This document shows positions 24,575 through 37,944 of a stretch of 64,000 nt of DNA, piece after piece. Position numbers and translations under genes: made by a program. Under the pieces are notes generated by a model. The model saw only the letters and a list, made by a program, of their open reading frames with translations, did not search any database and was not told the origin of the DNA. Position 1 is the stretch's first letter. Every line of letters starts with the position of its first letter. This DNA is from Octopus sinensis. Its lineage: Eukaryota. The stretch covers positions 7,006,001 to 7,070,000 of the forward strand of contig NC_043000.1 of assembly GCF_006345805.1 (NCBI RefSeq), read 5' to 3'.

Positions 24575-25015
24575 ATGGACAATTATGGAGTGAATTTTTT
24601 AGGGCTTATAACTCTAATATTTTTCTATCCTTCCTTAATACCGGTTCCCATATGCTGTTCATATCTGCACTCGGTCTGCTTAGGAGGTTGTTGTGTCCTA
24701 GCATATCTGCTGCTGCTTTTAGTTTTTGTATTTTCCAATGGTGTTCTCTGTCTATTATTTTAACTTCATCCCACAGGGGAGGTGGTCTCCGTTTTTCCAT
24801 ACATGATCAATTATACCCAATTTATCAATATCTCCTCGTGTCACTGCTTTGCGATGTTTGTCTACCCTTATTTTGAGGAGGCGGCATGTTTCACCTTTGT
24901 ATTTCACAGCTGCATGGGATGGAGCACATGCAGTCTCTGGTCATATTCTCTTCTATTGGTGGTTTTACTCCAAGGAGATATTCGCGAAGTGTTGTATTAC
25001 TTTTGAATACTGTCC

Positions 25016-26228
25016 GGATCTTTTCAAATTTGTGGCCAGGACCCCAGATCTTTCTAGTTAACTAAATAATTTGAAACTTTGTGTACTCATAGAGTGGAAC
25101 TAGTTTATTCGCCAGTTGAAACTAGTTTATTTGAGAAAAATCTATTTTATGACTTTAATCGTAGATTAAAACTGCGAATTTTAACCAATGAGATTGCTTG
25201 TTTTCATATCTAAAACGTTACTGCGATCTGTTAGTGTGACGTTGAAAGCAGTTTTGTGACGTAGTTGAAGACGGCTTATAAGCACGTCTGCTATTTCTAA
25301 AAAGCTTTGTGTGTGGTAAAGTAATTTTTTTACTTTACCATATTTTTATAAATTATATCGGAGAATCCATATTTTTATAACATATATCGGAGAATCCATG
25401 TGATTTTTCGTTGTTTTTCTCTTATACGTATGTGAATTATTTCTGAGTATGCATTGTCTGGGAGACTTTTTCTTGCAGTTGAGAAATTTTTGGCTGCTAT
25501 TTCTAAAAAGCTCGGTGTGTGGTTAAGTAATTTTTTTACTTTACCATATTTTTATAAATTAATATATATATATATATAATTTTTTACTCGGTGTATGTGT
25601 ATATGTATGTCTGCATGTGTGTGTGTATGTATGTGTGTGTGTGTATGTATGTGTGTGTGTGTGTGTAAGTATGTGTAAAAAATTACATTGAATCGGCCAT
25701 ACATACATACATACATACACATGCACAGATACATACACACATACATTCAGGCATATACACATACACCGAGTAAAAAATTTCAGTTATCTCTCTCTTTCAC
25801 ACATTACTCTCTCTGTCTCTTCACACACACTAACAGAAGCACTTCACTTACACAACATACTGTCTCCCACACCCCATCAAACACACACACACACACATGT
25901 ACATCAATGCTTCCCCTAGACGGTAACTTCAAAGACAAACTTTTGTTATTAGAAGGTGGCTGACTATAGCTTGTTTACATTTAAGATGTTTAATACGTCA
26001 CGAAATTGGTGGTCGAGACGGAGTAAATAAAATAAAGCCGAATGACGGAATATCATTGGTTAAAATTCTAATTATTAAACAACGTTAAACTTAGAAGTTA
26101 CAATTCCGTTTTCATTCTGGTTTACAATTAAGTTTACTTTTGACACATTCTACCAGTATACGAAGTTTCAAATTGTTTGGTTCAGTAGGAAAAATTTGAA
26201 AAAACTGGCTTCAGAATAGAAAAGATCC
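25016..26228. mobile_element. Non-autonomous TIR DNA transposon (1213 bp), 8-bp TSD, inserted in the Penelope element
   Basis: TSD TACTGTCC at 25008-25015 and 26229-26236. TIRs GGATCTTTTC are perfect over 10 bp and imperfect to 22 bp. No transposase ORF. Confidence 0.9.
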
Positions 26229-26775
26229 TACTGTCCTGATGTCATATGGGCTGCATATCTTTTGTATCTTTTCAGAGAGGCCTTTCATATTGGGGAAACA
26301 GACTGTGGACAGTTTTTTAGCCTCATCCTCTCTCTTTTCATAATTGGAGTGGATAGTATGTTTTGGGGGTAGTTGTTGCTTAATAGATTGTTATTGAGCT
26401 TGATTATGTCTTCGTGGTTTGTATCAGGATCGCTACTTATATTCTTTACTCAATGTTTTAGGCACTGAGCAATCCTTCTCTTTACACTGTATGGATGGTG
26501 GGAACTGAAGTTGAGGTAACGTCCAGTAAAGGTCAGCTTGCGGTATACGGATGTCCTGAATCCATACTTGGTGCGTGTTATTAATATGTCCAGGAATGCC
26601 AGCTGATTGTCTTTTTCTTTTTTCCATTGTGAACTGTATGGATGGCTTTATTGAGTTCACATGATCTAACAGCACTTGGACACCTTCCTGGTGGGGCCAG
26701 AGTATAAAGGTGTCACCAACATATCGTAGCCATAGAGATGTTTATGAACTGCTCCTTTGTCACTTCCATTATAGC
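26229..26775 (-). pseudogene. Penelope-like reverse transcriptase relic (5'-truncated)
   Basis: SLWLRYVGDTFILWPHQEGVQVLLDHVNSIKPSIQFTMEK, then a frameshift, then FLDILITRTKYGFRTSVYRKLTFTGRYLNFSSHHP. These are typical PLE RT motifs, with YVDD changed to YVGD. Confidence 0.85.
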
Positions 26776-27939
26776 TTTGTAAAAATAACTGTTAAAATTG
26801 AACTGCACTCTTTGAAACCTGCACTAAGAATAAACACATGGTAAAATTACTACCTGCTTTTATAGCAAGTTGATGCAGGTAGTTTATCCCATCCCCCTCC
26901 AACTTTTAATTCATGCAATTGAAAAAAACTGTATTATTTATGGGATGCAGTCCACATGAAGTGTGACTTTTAACCTAGTATATGGATTCTTTTTTTTTTC
27001 TTTTTACTTGTTTCGGTCACTTGACAGTGGCCATGCTGGAGTACTGCCTTTAGTCAAACAAATCAACCCTGAAACTTATTCTTTGTAAGCCTAGTACTTA
27101 TTTTATTGATCTCTTTTGCTGAACTGCTAAGTTATGGGGATGTAAACGCACCAACACATACACACACACACACACATATACAACAGGCTTCTTTTAGTTT
27201 CAATGTACCAAATCCACTCATAAAGCTTTGGTTGGCCCGAGGCTATAGTAGAAGATACTTACCCAAGGTGCCACACAGTGGGACTGAACCCAGAACCATG
27301 TGGTTGGTAAGCAAGCTTCTTACCACATAGCCATTCCTGTGCCTATATTTATATATTATAGTATATTATGTAAACAAAGAAAATGTAAATAAGAATATGC
27401 AACAAACTAATTAGGCTTAGAAATGAGGTAATGAGGAAGAAAGGGTAATTGACTATATTATAGTCAATAGAAATAATACTTAAAAAGACAATTGAAAGTC
27501 TTTGAAAGTCTGTTATGGTAAAAGGGAGAATTGTATTCTGGAAAAAGAAAAAGGAAAGAAACTGTTCCTATTCTGCAAAGTGAAAAGAAGTCTTTGGCAT
27601 TTGATGTGAAGTGTAGAAGTGGAATGGAGAGAGGCTGCTTGGATAATAAGAAACAGCTAAGTGTGTAAAATGAAAGAGAAATGGGGGAACAAGGACAGTG
27701 TGAAACCAAAACACACACACACATAATTTTAGCAGGGGTTTACAAAAAAGAAAAAAACAGATGCTCTTGTTTGGAAGGTTTAGAACTAAGACTTAAAAAT
27801 ACTGTCTGTCAACAAGAAAAGGGCTGCTGACCAGATAGATGCCAAGAGGTCAGCTAAGTTTGTTGATGGTTTGAAACTAACTGGAACTCTGAGCATTCAA
27901 GTTATCTTTTGTTAAAAGCAATGAAAAAGAAAACGGTGG

Positions 27940-28085
27940 GTGGCGGTGGTGGTTGATGTTGTTAGTGGTGGTGGTGGTTGATGTTGGTGGTGGTGATGGT
28001 GATGGTAATGGTAGTGATGGTGGTAGAGATGATGATGATGATGGTAGAGGTGTTGTTGTTGCTGTGGCTGGTGGTGGTGGTGGCA
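27940..28085. repeat. Mixed (GGT)/(GAT)/(GTT) trinucleotide low-complexity tract
   Basis: Directly visible. Yields poly-His/Pro/Thr pseudo-ORFs. Confidence 0.9.
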
Positions 28086-29587
28086 GAACATGTAAAGAGA
28101 AAAAAAAAAAACCCAATTACTTGACACATGGAAGTTATCACAAACTAGGTGTCAACTTCAGGTCAGCAAGACTTCATTCAGTTTTGAGTTAGGAAGACTC
28201 AGTGGGAGGTTGTTCCATGTGTGTGCCTTCAATTTCATCAATTCAATAATATTTTTTAAACACCTATTTCACCAGTTTTCCCAGCCCCACCCCCCACCAA
28301 CCTATTTTATATAAGAATAATACTTGAAATATTTTTGTTTTTGTTTTTGTTATTTTTTGGTAATAAGCATCTAGTAGCACCTGTTGTAGCACTACACCAA
28401 GCCCTGGGCCATTTAATACCTTGTTATTTGCAAGCAGGAGGGAGGGGGAGAGGCTTATTGTTGTCTCATGATGCAACAACATTCTCTTTTACTTGTTTCA
28501 GTCATGTGACTGTGGCCATGCTGGAGCACCGCATTTAGTCCAGCAAATCGACCCCAGGACTTATTTGTAAGCCTACTACATATTCTATCAGCTCTTTTGC
28601 TGAACCGCTAAGTTACGGGGACGTAAACACACTAGCATCAGTTGTCAAGCGATGTTGGGGGGACAAACACAAACACACAAACATATACACACACACGTAT
28701 ATATATACATACATATATACGACGGGCTTCTTTCAGTTTCCGTCTACTAAATCACTCACAAGGCTTTGGTCAGCCTGAGGCTATGGTAGAAGACACTTGC
28801 CCAAGGTGCCATGCAGTGGGACTGAACCTGGAACCATGTGGTTGGTATGCAAGCTACTTGCCACACAGCCACTCCTTACATTTATCTTTTATCTTTTACT
28901 TGTTTCAGTCACTAGACTGTGGCCATGCCAGAGCACAGCCTTGAAAAGTTTTAGTTGAATGGATTGACCCCATTATTTTATTTTAAAGTTGATTTCTTTC
29001 GCCAATGACACACACACACACATGCACACACGTCTTTCATCTTTTACTTGTTTCAGTCATAAGACAGTGGCCATGCTGGGGCACCACCATGAAGTCAAAC
29101 AGATTAACTGTAATACTTATTTCTATTTTAAGCCTGGTATTTATTCTGTCGGTCTCTTTTTGCCAAGCTGCTAAGTTATGGGGACATAAACACACCAATG
29201 CTGGTTATCAAGTGGTGGTGATTGGGGTGAGGAAATACAGACATATAAATATATATATATATATATATATACTAAGCAATAAGGGTTTAGCAACGAGTTG
29301 CCTTACCACATACCGATTTAGAAATAGCAGTCAAAGGGTTATAGCTATTTCTTCTACTAAAAAGGGAGATCTCAGTAAAACAGCATTTGGAAGGCAGACA
29401 CAAACAGTAAGAGAGAATGAATGACTGCAATCTATCATACATTTTTTAGTTATCCACGGACGTACGTTTCGAAATCAAGTTTTAAGGAAAGCATAAGAAT
29501 TAGATATTAAATATTAAATAATAAATAATTCTATCTTACCGAAACTTCTTTTCTCTTCAGCGTAGTACTATATCATAATGATTATAT

Positions 29588-29629
<42 letters not shown>

Positions 29630-29666
29630 TATAATACATATATATATATATATATATATAAATGAT

Positions 29667-29713
<47 letters not shown>

Positions 29714-30205
29714 TATAATACATATATTATTGAATAAAAATAAGTTACCCGAAAATTAAACATATTTATAGAAACTGACACCCACAAACATACATGCACA
29801 ATTCACCTACATACAGACTCCCACAGAAACACAAATATTTTACTCAAACATCACCATAAACACTTCCAAACATACACATTGACCCTTATACTAAAAACAC
29901 AATAAATTTCTTCAAATTCAGCAGCTTGGGGCACCAAGCAGTTTTGGATGAATGGGTTTATCTTTTGATATCTGGTGTCTCTAAACTATAGAAAAAAATG
30001 TTATTTCTTTTTTTGAAAGACTTTGTAGATTTTTTAAAAAAGATTTCAGGGAGACTATCTTTATGAAATGTGGCAGTACAGAATGTGCCCCCCCCCGTGA
30101 TTGTAGGGCTCCCTTTGGCATGGGGCCCAATTGGGAGCAATTGATCCAATTGGCATAAGGCCAGCCCCGGTAATTAGTTTACTGTAAATGATTAGCAATA
30201 ATAAC

Positions 30206-30356
30206 CTGTGTTTCTTTTTGATATCGGAGAAGACAAGAATGTCATCAGCATCGAGTTGTCGACGGTAGCGTAATAACGAACCTGCACAGGCATTCATTAA
30301 ACCTTCGTCAGCAACATGAGAAAATATGAAACCTTCAGCACGAATAAAGTCAGCAC
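30206..30356 (-). CDS. Internal coding exon of the BtpA-family gene
   Basis: 151 nt, translates (G)ADFIRAEGFIFSHVADEGLMNACAGSLLRYRRQLDADDILVFSDIKKKH(S), with the family hallmarks FIRAE, DEG and DIKKKH. Acceptor TTGTCTTTTATAG, donor GTTATT. Phases 1 in and 2 out. Confidence 0.92.
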
Positions 30357-31760
30357 CTATAAAAGACAAATGATAAAGTATTCAACCAAATATGACTAAT
30401 TTGTGTTGTTACAAAAGTTGGGTTTCCAAGATTCTTTCATTTGTTGAGCAATTCTGTTAATTTTGATTTTCCAGAAATTAGCAAATGAAATCGCTTAATT
30501 TTATTTATTACAGGGAATTGTTTTAGTTGTTGTTTAAGTCTAAGTGTCACAGATGATCCAGCTGATGATCAAAGATATTCCAATTGCAAACATTCTGCTT
30601 GTCTTTTAAGAAGTTAAGGTGTGAGTTGAAGGAAATTTGGCTGATAATTTTAGCAGATCAAGCAACCACATGGAGTTTCTATCATTGGCCCAAACTACAG
30701 ACAGTAAAGAACAACTGTGTTAAGTCAAACAGTTAAAAGCAAACAGAACCTGGAGAAAACAGTAATTGGAAAGATCAGGTGTTGTGCAGAAGGGTCTCTT
30801 GTTCTCCCTTTATTTGATTGACTAAAGCGTTCAAAGTGATACCCCAGCATGGCTGCAGTCCAATGATTGAAACAAGCATAAGATAAAAGATAAAAGAGAG
30901 ATACTTATTAGGTAAACCTAGAAATAGCAGCCAAACTTCCCTCAATCACTCCCTAACATCTTCAGATTTACTAGTTCCAGTATTTAATCCAAATCCAAAT
31001 ACATATTCACTGTTAATCTTTGCTACTCTGTTCTCCGCCCTCTCTTCCTGTCCCCACTACATAAACCTGACTCCATAAAGTTCCTCTCACCTCCTCATCA
31101 TGTACAGTAGTGGAATCTAACCCCCCACCCACGCCCACCCTCACAACCCATACTAAATACTTTATTCAATCATTTCCTCTCCAGGAGCTCATCTTCCTGT
31201 AACTCCCTTCTCCACCCATGTTTTCCTTACATACTAACCTGGTGTGATTTGAAATTACTATTAACTGATATATCAAGAGAACTGGTTTCACCCCCCTTAC
31301 ACACCACCACCACCACCACCACCCTTGAAGAAGATGCAGTAGATATCATTGCCAGGTGGTAGGAAGAGGTGAAGAAGAAAGAAGACTGTGGTCCGCACGT
31401 TGCACTTGATAATATCACAGTTGGGTAAATGAAGATGATTCGGATGATTATTTATAACTTTTACTTTCAGAGCATCAGACATGTATAACATAACATTCAT
31501 AATATAGAATAATGCCAGCACAAATGTGCACACATGCTTTTGCTTTTTTTTCTTTTTTGCTTTTTTGCTTCTTTGTGTGTGTGTGTGTGTGTGTGTGCAT
31601 GCAGTCCAATTATGGCGAAGCTGGCTGAAACTCCGAAGTTACTGTCAACAGCATTCTTGTATAAGAATAACAAATTTGTACTCTACAGAAGTATAGAGTA
31701 ACCCATCAGATTAGTGTAAAAGTGTTTCGATTGTAACTAAACATAAAAACAAATATATAT

Positions 31761-31813
<53 letters not shown>

Positions 31814-31835
31814 ATGTATATATATATATATGTAT

Positions 31836-32465
31836 ATCATCATCATCATCATCGTTTAACATCCGTTCTCCATGCTAGCATGGGTTGGATGGTTCGACCA
31901 GGGATCTGGGAAGCCAGAAGGCTGCACCAGGCTCCAGTCTTATCTGGCAATGTTTCTACAGCTGGATGCCCTTCCTAACGCCAACCACTCCGTGAGTGTA
32001 GTGGGTGCTTTTTACGTGCCACCTGCACAGGTGCCAGGCGAGGCTGGCAACTGCCACGGTCGGATTGGTGTATTTTACGTGCCACCGGCACGGAAGCCAG
32101 TCGAAACGGCGCTGGCATCGGCCACGAGTCGGATAGTGCTTTTTACGTACCACCAGACCAGGGATCCTGGCTGGTTCAATTCGATTTCGATTTCGATTTC
32201 GCTTGCCCCAACATGTCTTCACAAGCAAAGGGGGGGGGGTTGGCATGGGTGCCTGTCGTCGGATGAGGTTCTATATCGACTTCACTTGCCTCAACAGGTC
32301 TTTGTGTCTAAGGGAGGAAAGGCATGCATAAGTGGGCTGGGCTCACTTGTCCTGCCTGGTCTTCTCACGTACAGCATATTTCCAAAGGTCTCGGTTGCTG
32401 GTCATTTCCTCAGTGAGGCCTACAGTTCGAAGGTCGTGCTTCACCACCTCGTCCCAGGTTTTCCT
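31836..32465 (-). mobile_element. 5'-truncated RTE copy (last about 40 codons plus 3' UTR)
   Basis: RKTWDEVVKHDLRTVGLTEEMTSNRDLWKYAVREKTRQDK*. Flanked on both sides by (AT)n. Confidence 0.88.
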
Positions 32466-32469
32466 GATA

Positions 32470-32501
<32 letters not shown>

Positions 32502-32677
32502 CATATATGGCAATACCCCCAGCATGGCCACAGTCAAATGATTGAAACAAGTAAAAGAATAAAAGAATGTATGTATATGTATGTCTATATCCAAGATTAG
32601 AGACACACAAGCTAAAAGGGAAAAAGAAAGATTTCAAAATCAGGAAAAGGCAAAAGTAATGTGAAATGTGGTGTATG

Positions 32678-32723
<46 letters not shown>

Positions 32724-33380
32724 GTGTGTGTGTGTGTGTGTATTATGTAGACATGGACATGTGGTTAAGAAGTACTCTTTGGAACCACATGGTTTTGGGT
32801 TCAGTCCCACTGCATGCTAATTTGGGTAAGTGCTTTCAACTATAATCCTAAATGCTGACCAATGCTATGCAAATGAATTTGGTAGATAGAAATTGTATGG
32901 AAACTAGCCATATATGTATGTATATACGTGCACATCTGCGTGTGTATGTGTATGTGATTGTGTGAGTACACACAATTATTCACATTTCACAATATTCTTT
33001 TCTACTCTAGGTACAAGGCCTGAAATTTTGGGGGAGGGGGCCAGTCAATTAAATCAACCCCAATACACAACTGGTACTTAATTTATCGACTCCAAAAGGA
33101 TGAAAGCCAAAGTCAACCTCGGTGGAATTTGAACCCAGAACGTAAAGATATAGATAGACAAACAAACAGACAGATATGCATATATATGAATAGTACCGCT
33201 AAGAATTTTGTCCAGCAAGCTAATGTTTCTGCCAGCTCGTAGGTGAGCAAAACATTCCTTGTTGACCTTTGACATTATTCCCAGTTGCTCAGTGTTTTTT
33301 TTTTAAGCCCCATGGAAAAAAAAAAAGAAACTCCTTATTTGAAAAGCCTATCCATCAGTCCAAGCTAAAATGGACATTAA

Positions 33381-33600
33381 CCCTTTCATTACTGTATTTA
33401 TTTTGAGATGCTCTGTGTTTCTTTCAATTACTTTAAATATAACAAAGAATTTAGTAGAATAACTTAGTTATTATTCAGCCAGTGTTAGGAACATAAATTG
33501 TGACTAAGGTTTGGTGGAAGGTTTTAATTCAAAACTTATGAAAACAAGATATTTGTACTCATAGCCAGAGCTGGTTTCAGCTGGGTTGGTAACAAAAGGG
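33381..33600. mobile_element. piggyBac-like TTAA MITE, inverted sister of 5540-5760
   Basis: TTAA|CCCTTTCATTAC ... GTAACAAAAGGG|TTAA. Confidence 0.8.
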
Positions 33601-34637
33601 TTAAATATACAAGAAACTGCATTAACATTCAAAATATTAGTGTTACACTAAAATCTAAGCTGTTTCAAGAGACCTGACATCTTGTCTGATGTTGCAATAT
33701 TCCAATCTCAGATGTGATGTGAAATGATACCAAAACTGCTTGAAATTGCTCTAAGATCAAATGTAGGAATTATGTGTGTGTGTGTGTATACACACACACA
33801 TGATTGTATATCCTTTATTTTTATCTTTTGCTTGTTTCAGCCATTAGACGGCAGCCATGATGGAGCACTGCCTTTAAGGGTTTACTCAAATAGTATTTTT
33901 TTTAAAGTCTGGTATTTATTTTATCAATTTCTTTTGATGCACCACTATGTTACAGGGAGGTAAACAAACAAACACTGGTTATCTAATCGTGGTGGAGGAT
34001 ATACACAAACACACATAGACACACACATAAATATGATAGGTTTCTTTCAGTGTCCATCAACTAAATCCACTCACAAGTATTTTGTTGGCCAGAGCTATAG
34101 GAAAAGACACTTGCCCAAGGCACCATGCAGTGGAACTGAACCCAGAACTTAACTATACAAACATTTTAACCATACAGTCATGCCTGAATTATCTAATAAA
34201 GAAAGCGCTTACACACAATACAAAGCTTCCTTCCAAAAGGTGCATGCCATTCTGTTTTTCTATTTTCATAAGACATTTTTAAATCGTTAATATTTAAGAA
34301 AATTTTGTTTGAAATATTGTGACTTTACCAAGTATTTTTTCAAAAGCTTTTAAACACACACACAACACACACACACACACACACACACAAAGTCATCAAC
34401 ATCATCATCATTATTTGAGCATTCACTTTTCTGAGCTTGCATGACCCACATGAAATTCTTTGAGGTAGATTTTCTAAAGCTGATGCTCTTCCTGTTGCCA
34501 GCCATCACACATTTCCAAATAAGGTAACATTTCCCCATGACCAGACGTCCTTTTTTACAGAAGATTGGAAACAAGTGAGAATAATGCTTGCTAGCAAGAC
34601 ACACACATAAACATATATATATATATATACATACATA

Positions 34638-35190
34638 GGCAATGACGAAAGACCGAGACCTCTGGAGATATGCTGTGACTGCAAAGACCCGACAAATAAT
34701 GTGAGTTCATGGCTGTTTCATGCACCAGCTTCACATAGAAGCCCCAGCCTATCCAAAGTACCTTGGATTGCAGGACGGCCTGCTGTTGTTGAGGAGACCT
34801 GTTGAGTCAAGTACATCAACATCAAAAAATCGAATGGAAATTGTAGCTGTGATACCTGTGTCGATGACACGTAAAAAGCACCGTTCGAACGTGGCCGATG
34901 CCAGTGCCACCTTGACTGGCTTCCGTGCCGGTGGCACATAAAAAGCACCAACCAATCGTGGCCGTCGCCAGCTTCCCCTGGCACCTGTGCTGGTGGCACG
35001 TAAAAAGCACCCACTACACTCTCGGAGTGGTTGGCATTAGGAAGAGCATCCAGCTATAGAAACACTGCCAGATCAGACTGGAGCCTGGTGCAGCCTCCTG
35101 GTTTCCCAGACCCCGGTCGAACCATCCAATCCATGCTAGCATGGAAAGCAGACGTTAAACGATGATGATGATGATGATGATGATAAACGA
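34638..35190 (+). mobile_element. 5'-truncated RTE copy (variant subfamily)
   Basis: MTKDRDLWRYAVTAKTRQ followed by 3' UTR repeats and a (GAT)n tail. Confidence 0.8.
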
Positions 35191-37346
35191 TGATGATGAT
35201 GAACAGATGGAAATACTCAGGTGAGTATGGAGGATGAGGCAAAACTTCCTATCCTAATGATCTTATTTTTACTTTGTTTTGAAGAATGTGTCCATGTATT
35301 TTCTGTTTACCAAAGCTAGCCACTTTCGATGTAATTTTTCATTTAGACAATCAAGATGTCAATAGACATCTGCATTGATGGTCCTTCAGTGTTCCAGTAG
35401 TTTGCAATGGATGAAAGATTTCATGTTCCACCAAACGCAGAGCAAGGAGTTTTGTGGATGGAGTTCACACCACCGATATTATCCAAAGGAAAGGCAAAAA
35501 CCAATACAGCTTGGCACCAGTGACATTGCACCTCGTTTCTACAGCTGAGTAAACTGAAGCAACATGAAATAAGATGTCTTGCACAAGAACACAACACACA
35601 GCCCAGTCCCAGAACTGAACTCACTATCTTATGATTGTAACCCTGATACTCTAACCATGGAGCCATGCACCTTCTATACACACACACACACACTCACATG
35701 TATATATACATATAGATAGACAGACAGACAGATATGCATATGTATGAATAATTTTTATATGTGAGCATTTTTTCTGTATTAAACGTGAAATTCCTACCAG
35801 GCCATTTGTTTCAAATACCTTTATGCTTTGGTGAAAATAATTCCAGTCTTCAATGCAGTATGCATATCATCTGATTCCATTCTTTTGATGTTTAGATATT
35901 ATGTCACATGGCCTCATGCTTAAATGATTCCAAGTATAAATAGGAATCAATAGTTTTTATATGTATAAACACCAGTTTCCAGTTGGTTGCCCACAGACAT
36001 TTTATTTCTCATTTACTTTAGAAATATTTGTTTGCTAGACAACTAGTCTTTTATTGTGTTATTCTTTTGCTTGCTTCAGTTATTGGCGTGTGGCTGTACT
36101 ATGGCACCAATCTGAAAGATTTAACCCATTGCCGGTCTTTTATATCATATGTGATTCTGATACACAGGAGGAATTTTCCTGGTGTCCCTTTTTTTTTCCA
36201 ACCATCACAGTAACATGAGACTTATGAAAGGAGCAGGCTTGGCATTAGGTGCAGATGTGGCTGTGTGGTAAGAAGTTTGCTTCCCAGCCATATGGTTCTA
36301 GGTTCAGCCCCAATGTGTGACACCTTGAGCAAGTTTCTCCTACTATAGCTTTGAGCTCACAAAATCTTGTGAGTAGATTTAGTAGATGGAAACTGAAAGA
36401 AGCCCATTGTGTGTGTGTGTGTGTCTATATATATATATATATATAAATATATATATATATATGTGTGTATATATATATATATATGTACGTATATATATAC
36501 ATATATGTGTGTGTGTGTGTGTGTGTTTATATCTGTTTGCCCCCCTGAAAACCTGTGCTGATGTGTTTACATCCCCTGTATCTTAGTGGCTTTGCATAAA
36601 GAGACAATAAATACCAGGCTATAAAAAAAAATAAGTGCTGGGGGGGGGGGTTGATCATTCCACTAAAAAAATTCTTCAAGGCAGTGCTCCAGTATGGCCA
36701 TAGTCTAATGATTGAAACAAGTAAAAGATAAAAGATAAAAGATATTACTCAAACAGAATGAAACAAGGGCAAACTAAAAGTTTGAAAACAAACACAACTC
36801 TCTTTTACTTGTTTCAGTCATTTGACTGTGGCCATGCTGGAGCACCACCTTTAGTCGAGCAAATCGACCCCAGGATTTATTCTTTGTAAGCCTAGTACTT
36901 ATTCTATCGGTCTCTTTTGCTGAACCGCTAAGTTACAGGGATGTAAACACACCAGCATCAGTTGTCAAGCGATGTTGGGAGGAGAAACACAGACGCACAA
37001 ACATATACACACACGTACATACATATATATATATATATACACATATACATATATACACATATACATATATACGACAGGCTTCTTTCAGTTTCCGTCTACC
37101 AAATCCACTCATAAGGCTTTGGTTGGCCCGAGGCTATAGTAGAAAACACTTGCCCACTTGCCAAGGACTGAACCTGGAACCATGTGGTTGGTAAGCAAGC
37201 TACTTACCACATGACGTTTAAGACAGATTTATGTAAATGCTTTGGACAGGCAAAGGGTTAATCGATCGTATCAACCCCGGTACATATTTTAAGCCTGTCC
37301 TATGTTCTGTCAGTCACTTTTTACCAAACTGCTAGGTTACAGGGTT

Positions 37347-37755
37347 ACTCTTTACTCTTTTACTCTTTTACTTGTTTCAGTCATTTTGACTGCGGCCATG
37401 CTGGAGCACCGCCTTTAGTCGATCAAATCGACCCCGGGACTTATTCTTTGTAAGCCCAGTACTTATTCTATCGGTCTCTTTTGCCGAACCGCTAAGTGAC
37501 GGGGACGTAAACACACCAGCATCGGTTGTCAAGCAATGCTAGGGGGACAAACACAGACACACAAACACACACATACATATATACATATATACGACAGGCT
37601 TCTTTCAGTTTCCGTCTACCAAATCCACTCACAAGGCATTGGTCGGCCCGGGGCTATAGCAGAAGACACTTGCCCAAGATGCCACGCAGTGGGACTGAAC
37701 CCAGAACCATGTGGTTGGTTAGCAAGCTACTTACCACACAGCCACTCCTGCGCCT
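37347..37755 (-). mobile_element. SINE family A, young full-length copy
   Basis: Head AGGCGCAGGAGTGGCTGTGTGGTAAG and (AAAAGAGT)n tail on the minus strand. CpGs retained. Confidence 0.88.
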
Positions 37756-37852
37756 ATAGGGTTGTGAATAAAATCAAAATTGTTGTCAGGCAGTGAGACA
37801 TGAACACAAATGCACTTACATATACAAAGCTATATTAGTGTATATGTATATA

Positions 37853-37887
<35 letters not shown>

Positions 37888-37944
37888 ATAGATCGCTAGC
37901 CAATACACATTCTTTATTTTCTCTCCTTGTTTCTTTCTGTGTTC

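Larger units (their letters stand above)
24310..25015 (-). mobile_element. Penelope-like element, 3' part: GIY-YIG endonuclease relic plus 3' terminal region
   Basis: Frameshifted peptides CMCSIPCSCE...KGETC and PLWDEVKIIDREHHWKIQKLK...LLSRPSADMNSIWEPVL. Contiguous with 26229-26775 once the insertion is removed. Confidence 0.8.

Noticed and set aside
27877-28192. Poly-His/Pro/Gly protein
   Set aside because: Trinucleotide low-complexity tract, open in several frames, with no splice support.
29577-29725. About 80-bp tandem duplication near the third exon
   Set aside because: It is composed almost entirely of microsatellite, so slippage or an assembly artefact is likely.
29915-30170. hAT MITE next to the exon donor
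   Set aside because: Only a right end resembling CAGGGCCGGCC is visible, with no matching left TIR or TSD.
31239-31530. Upstream BtpA exon (strong minus-strand donor CAG|GTTAGT at 31238)
   Set aside because: The phase-1 frame needed to join exon 30356 hits TAA within a few codons, and no frame resembles BtpA.
35200-35230. Perfect plus-strand donor CAG|GTGAGT
   Set aside because: The upstream sequence is an RTE (GAT)n tail, with no acceptor or coding frame.
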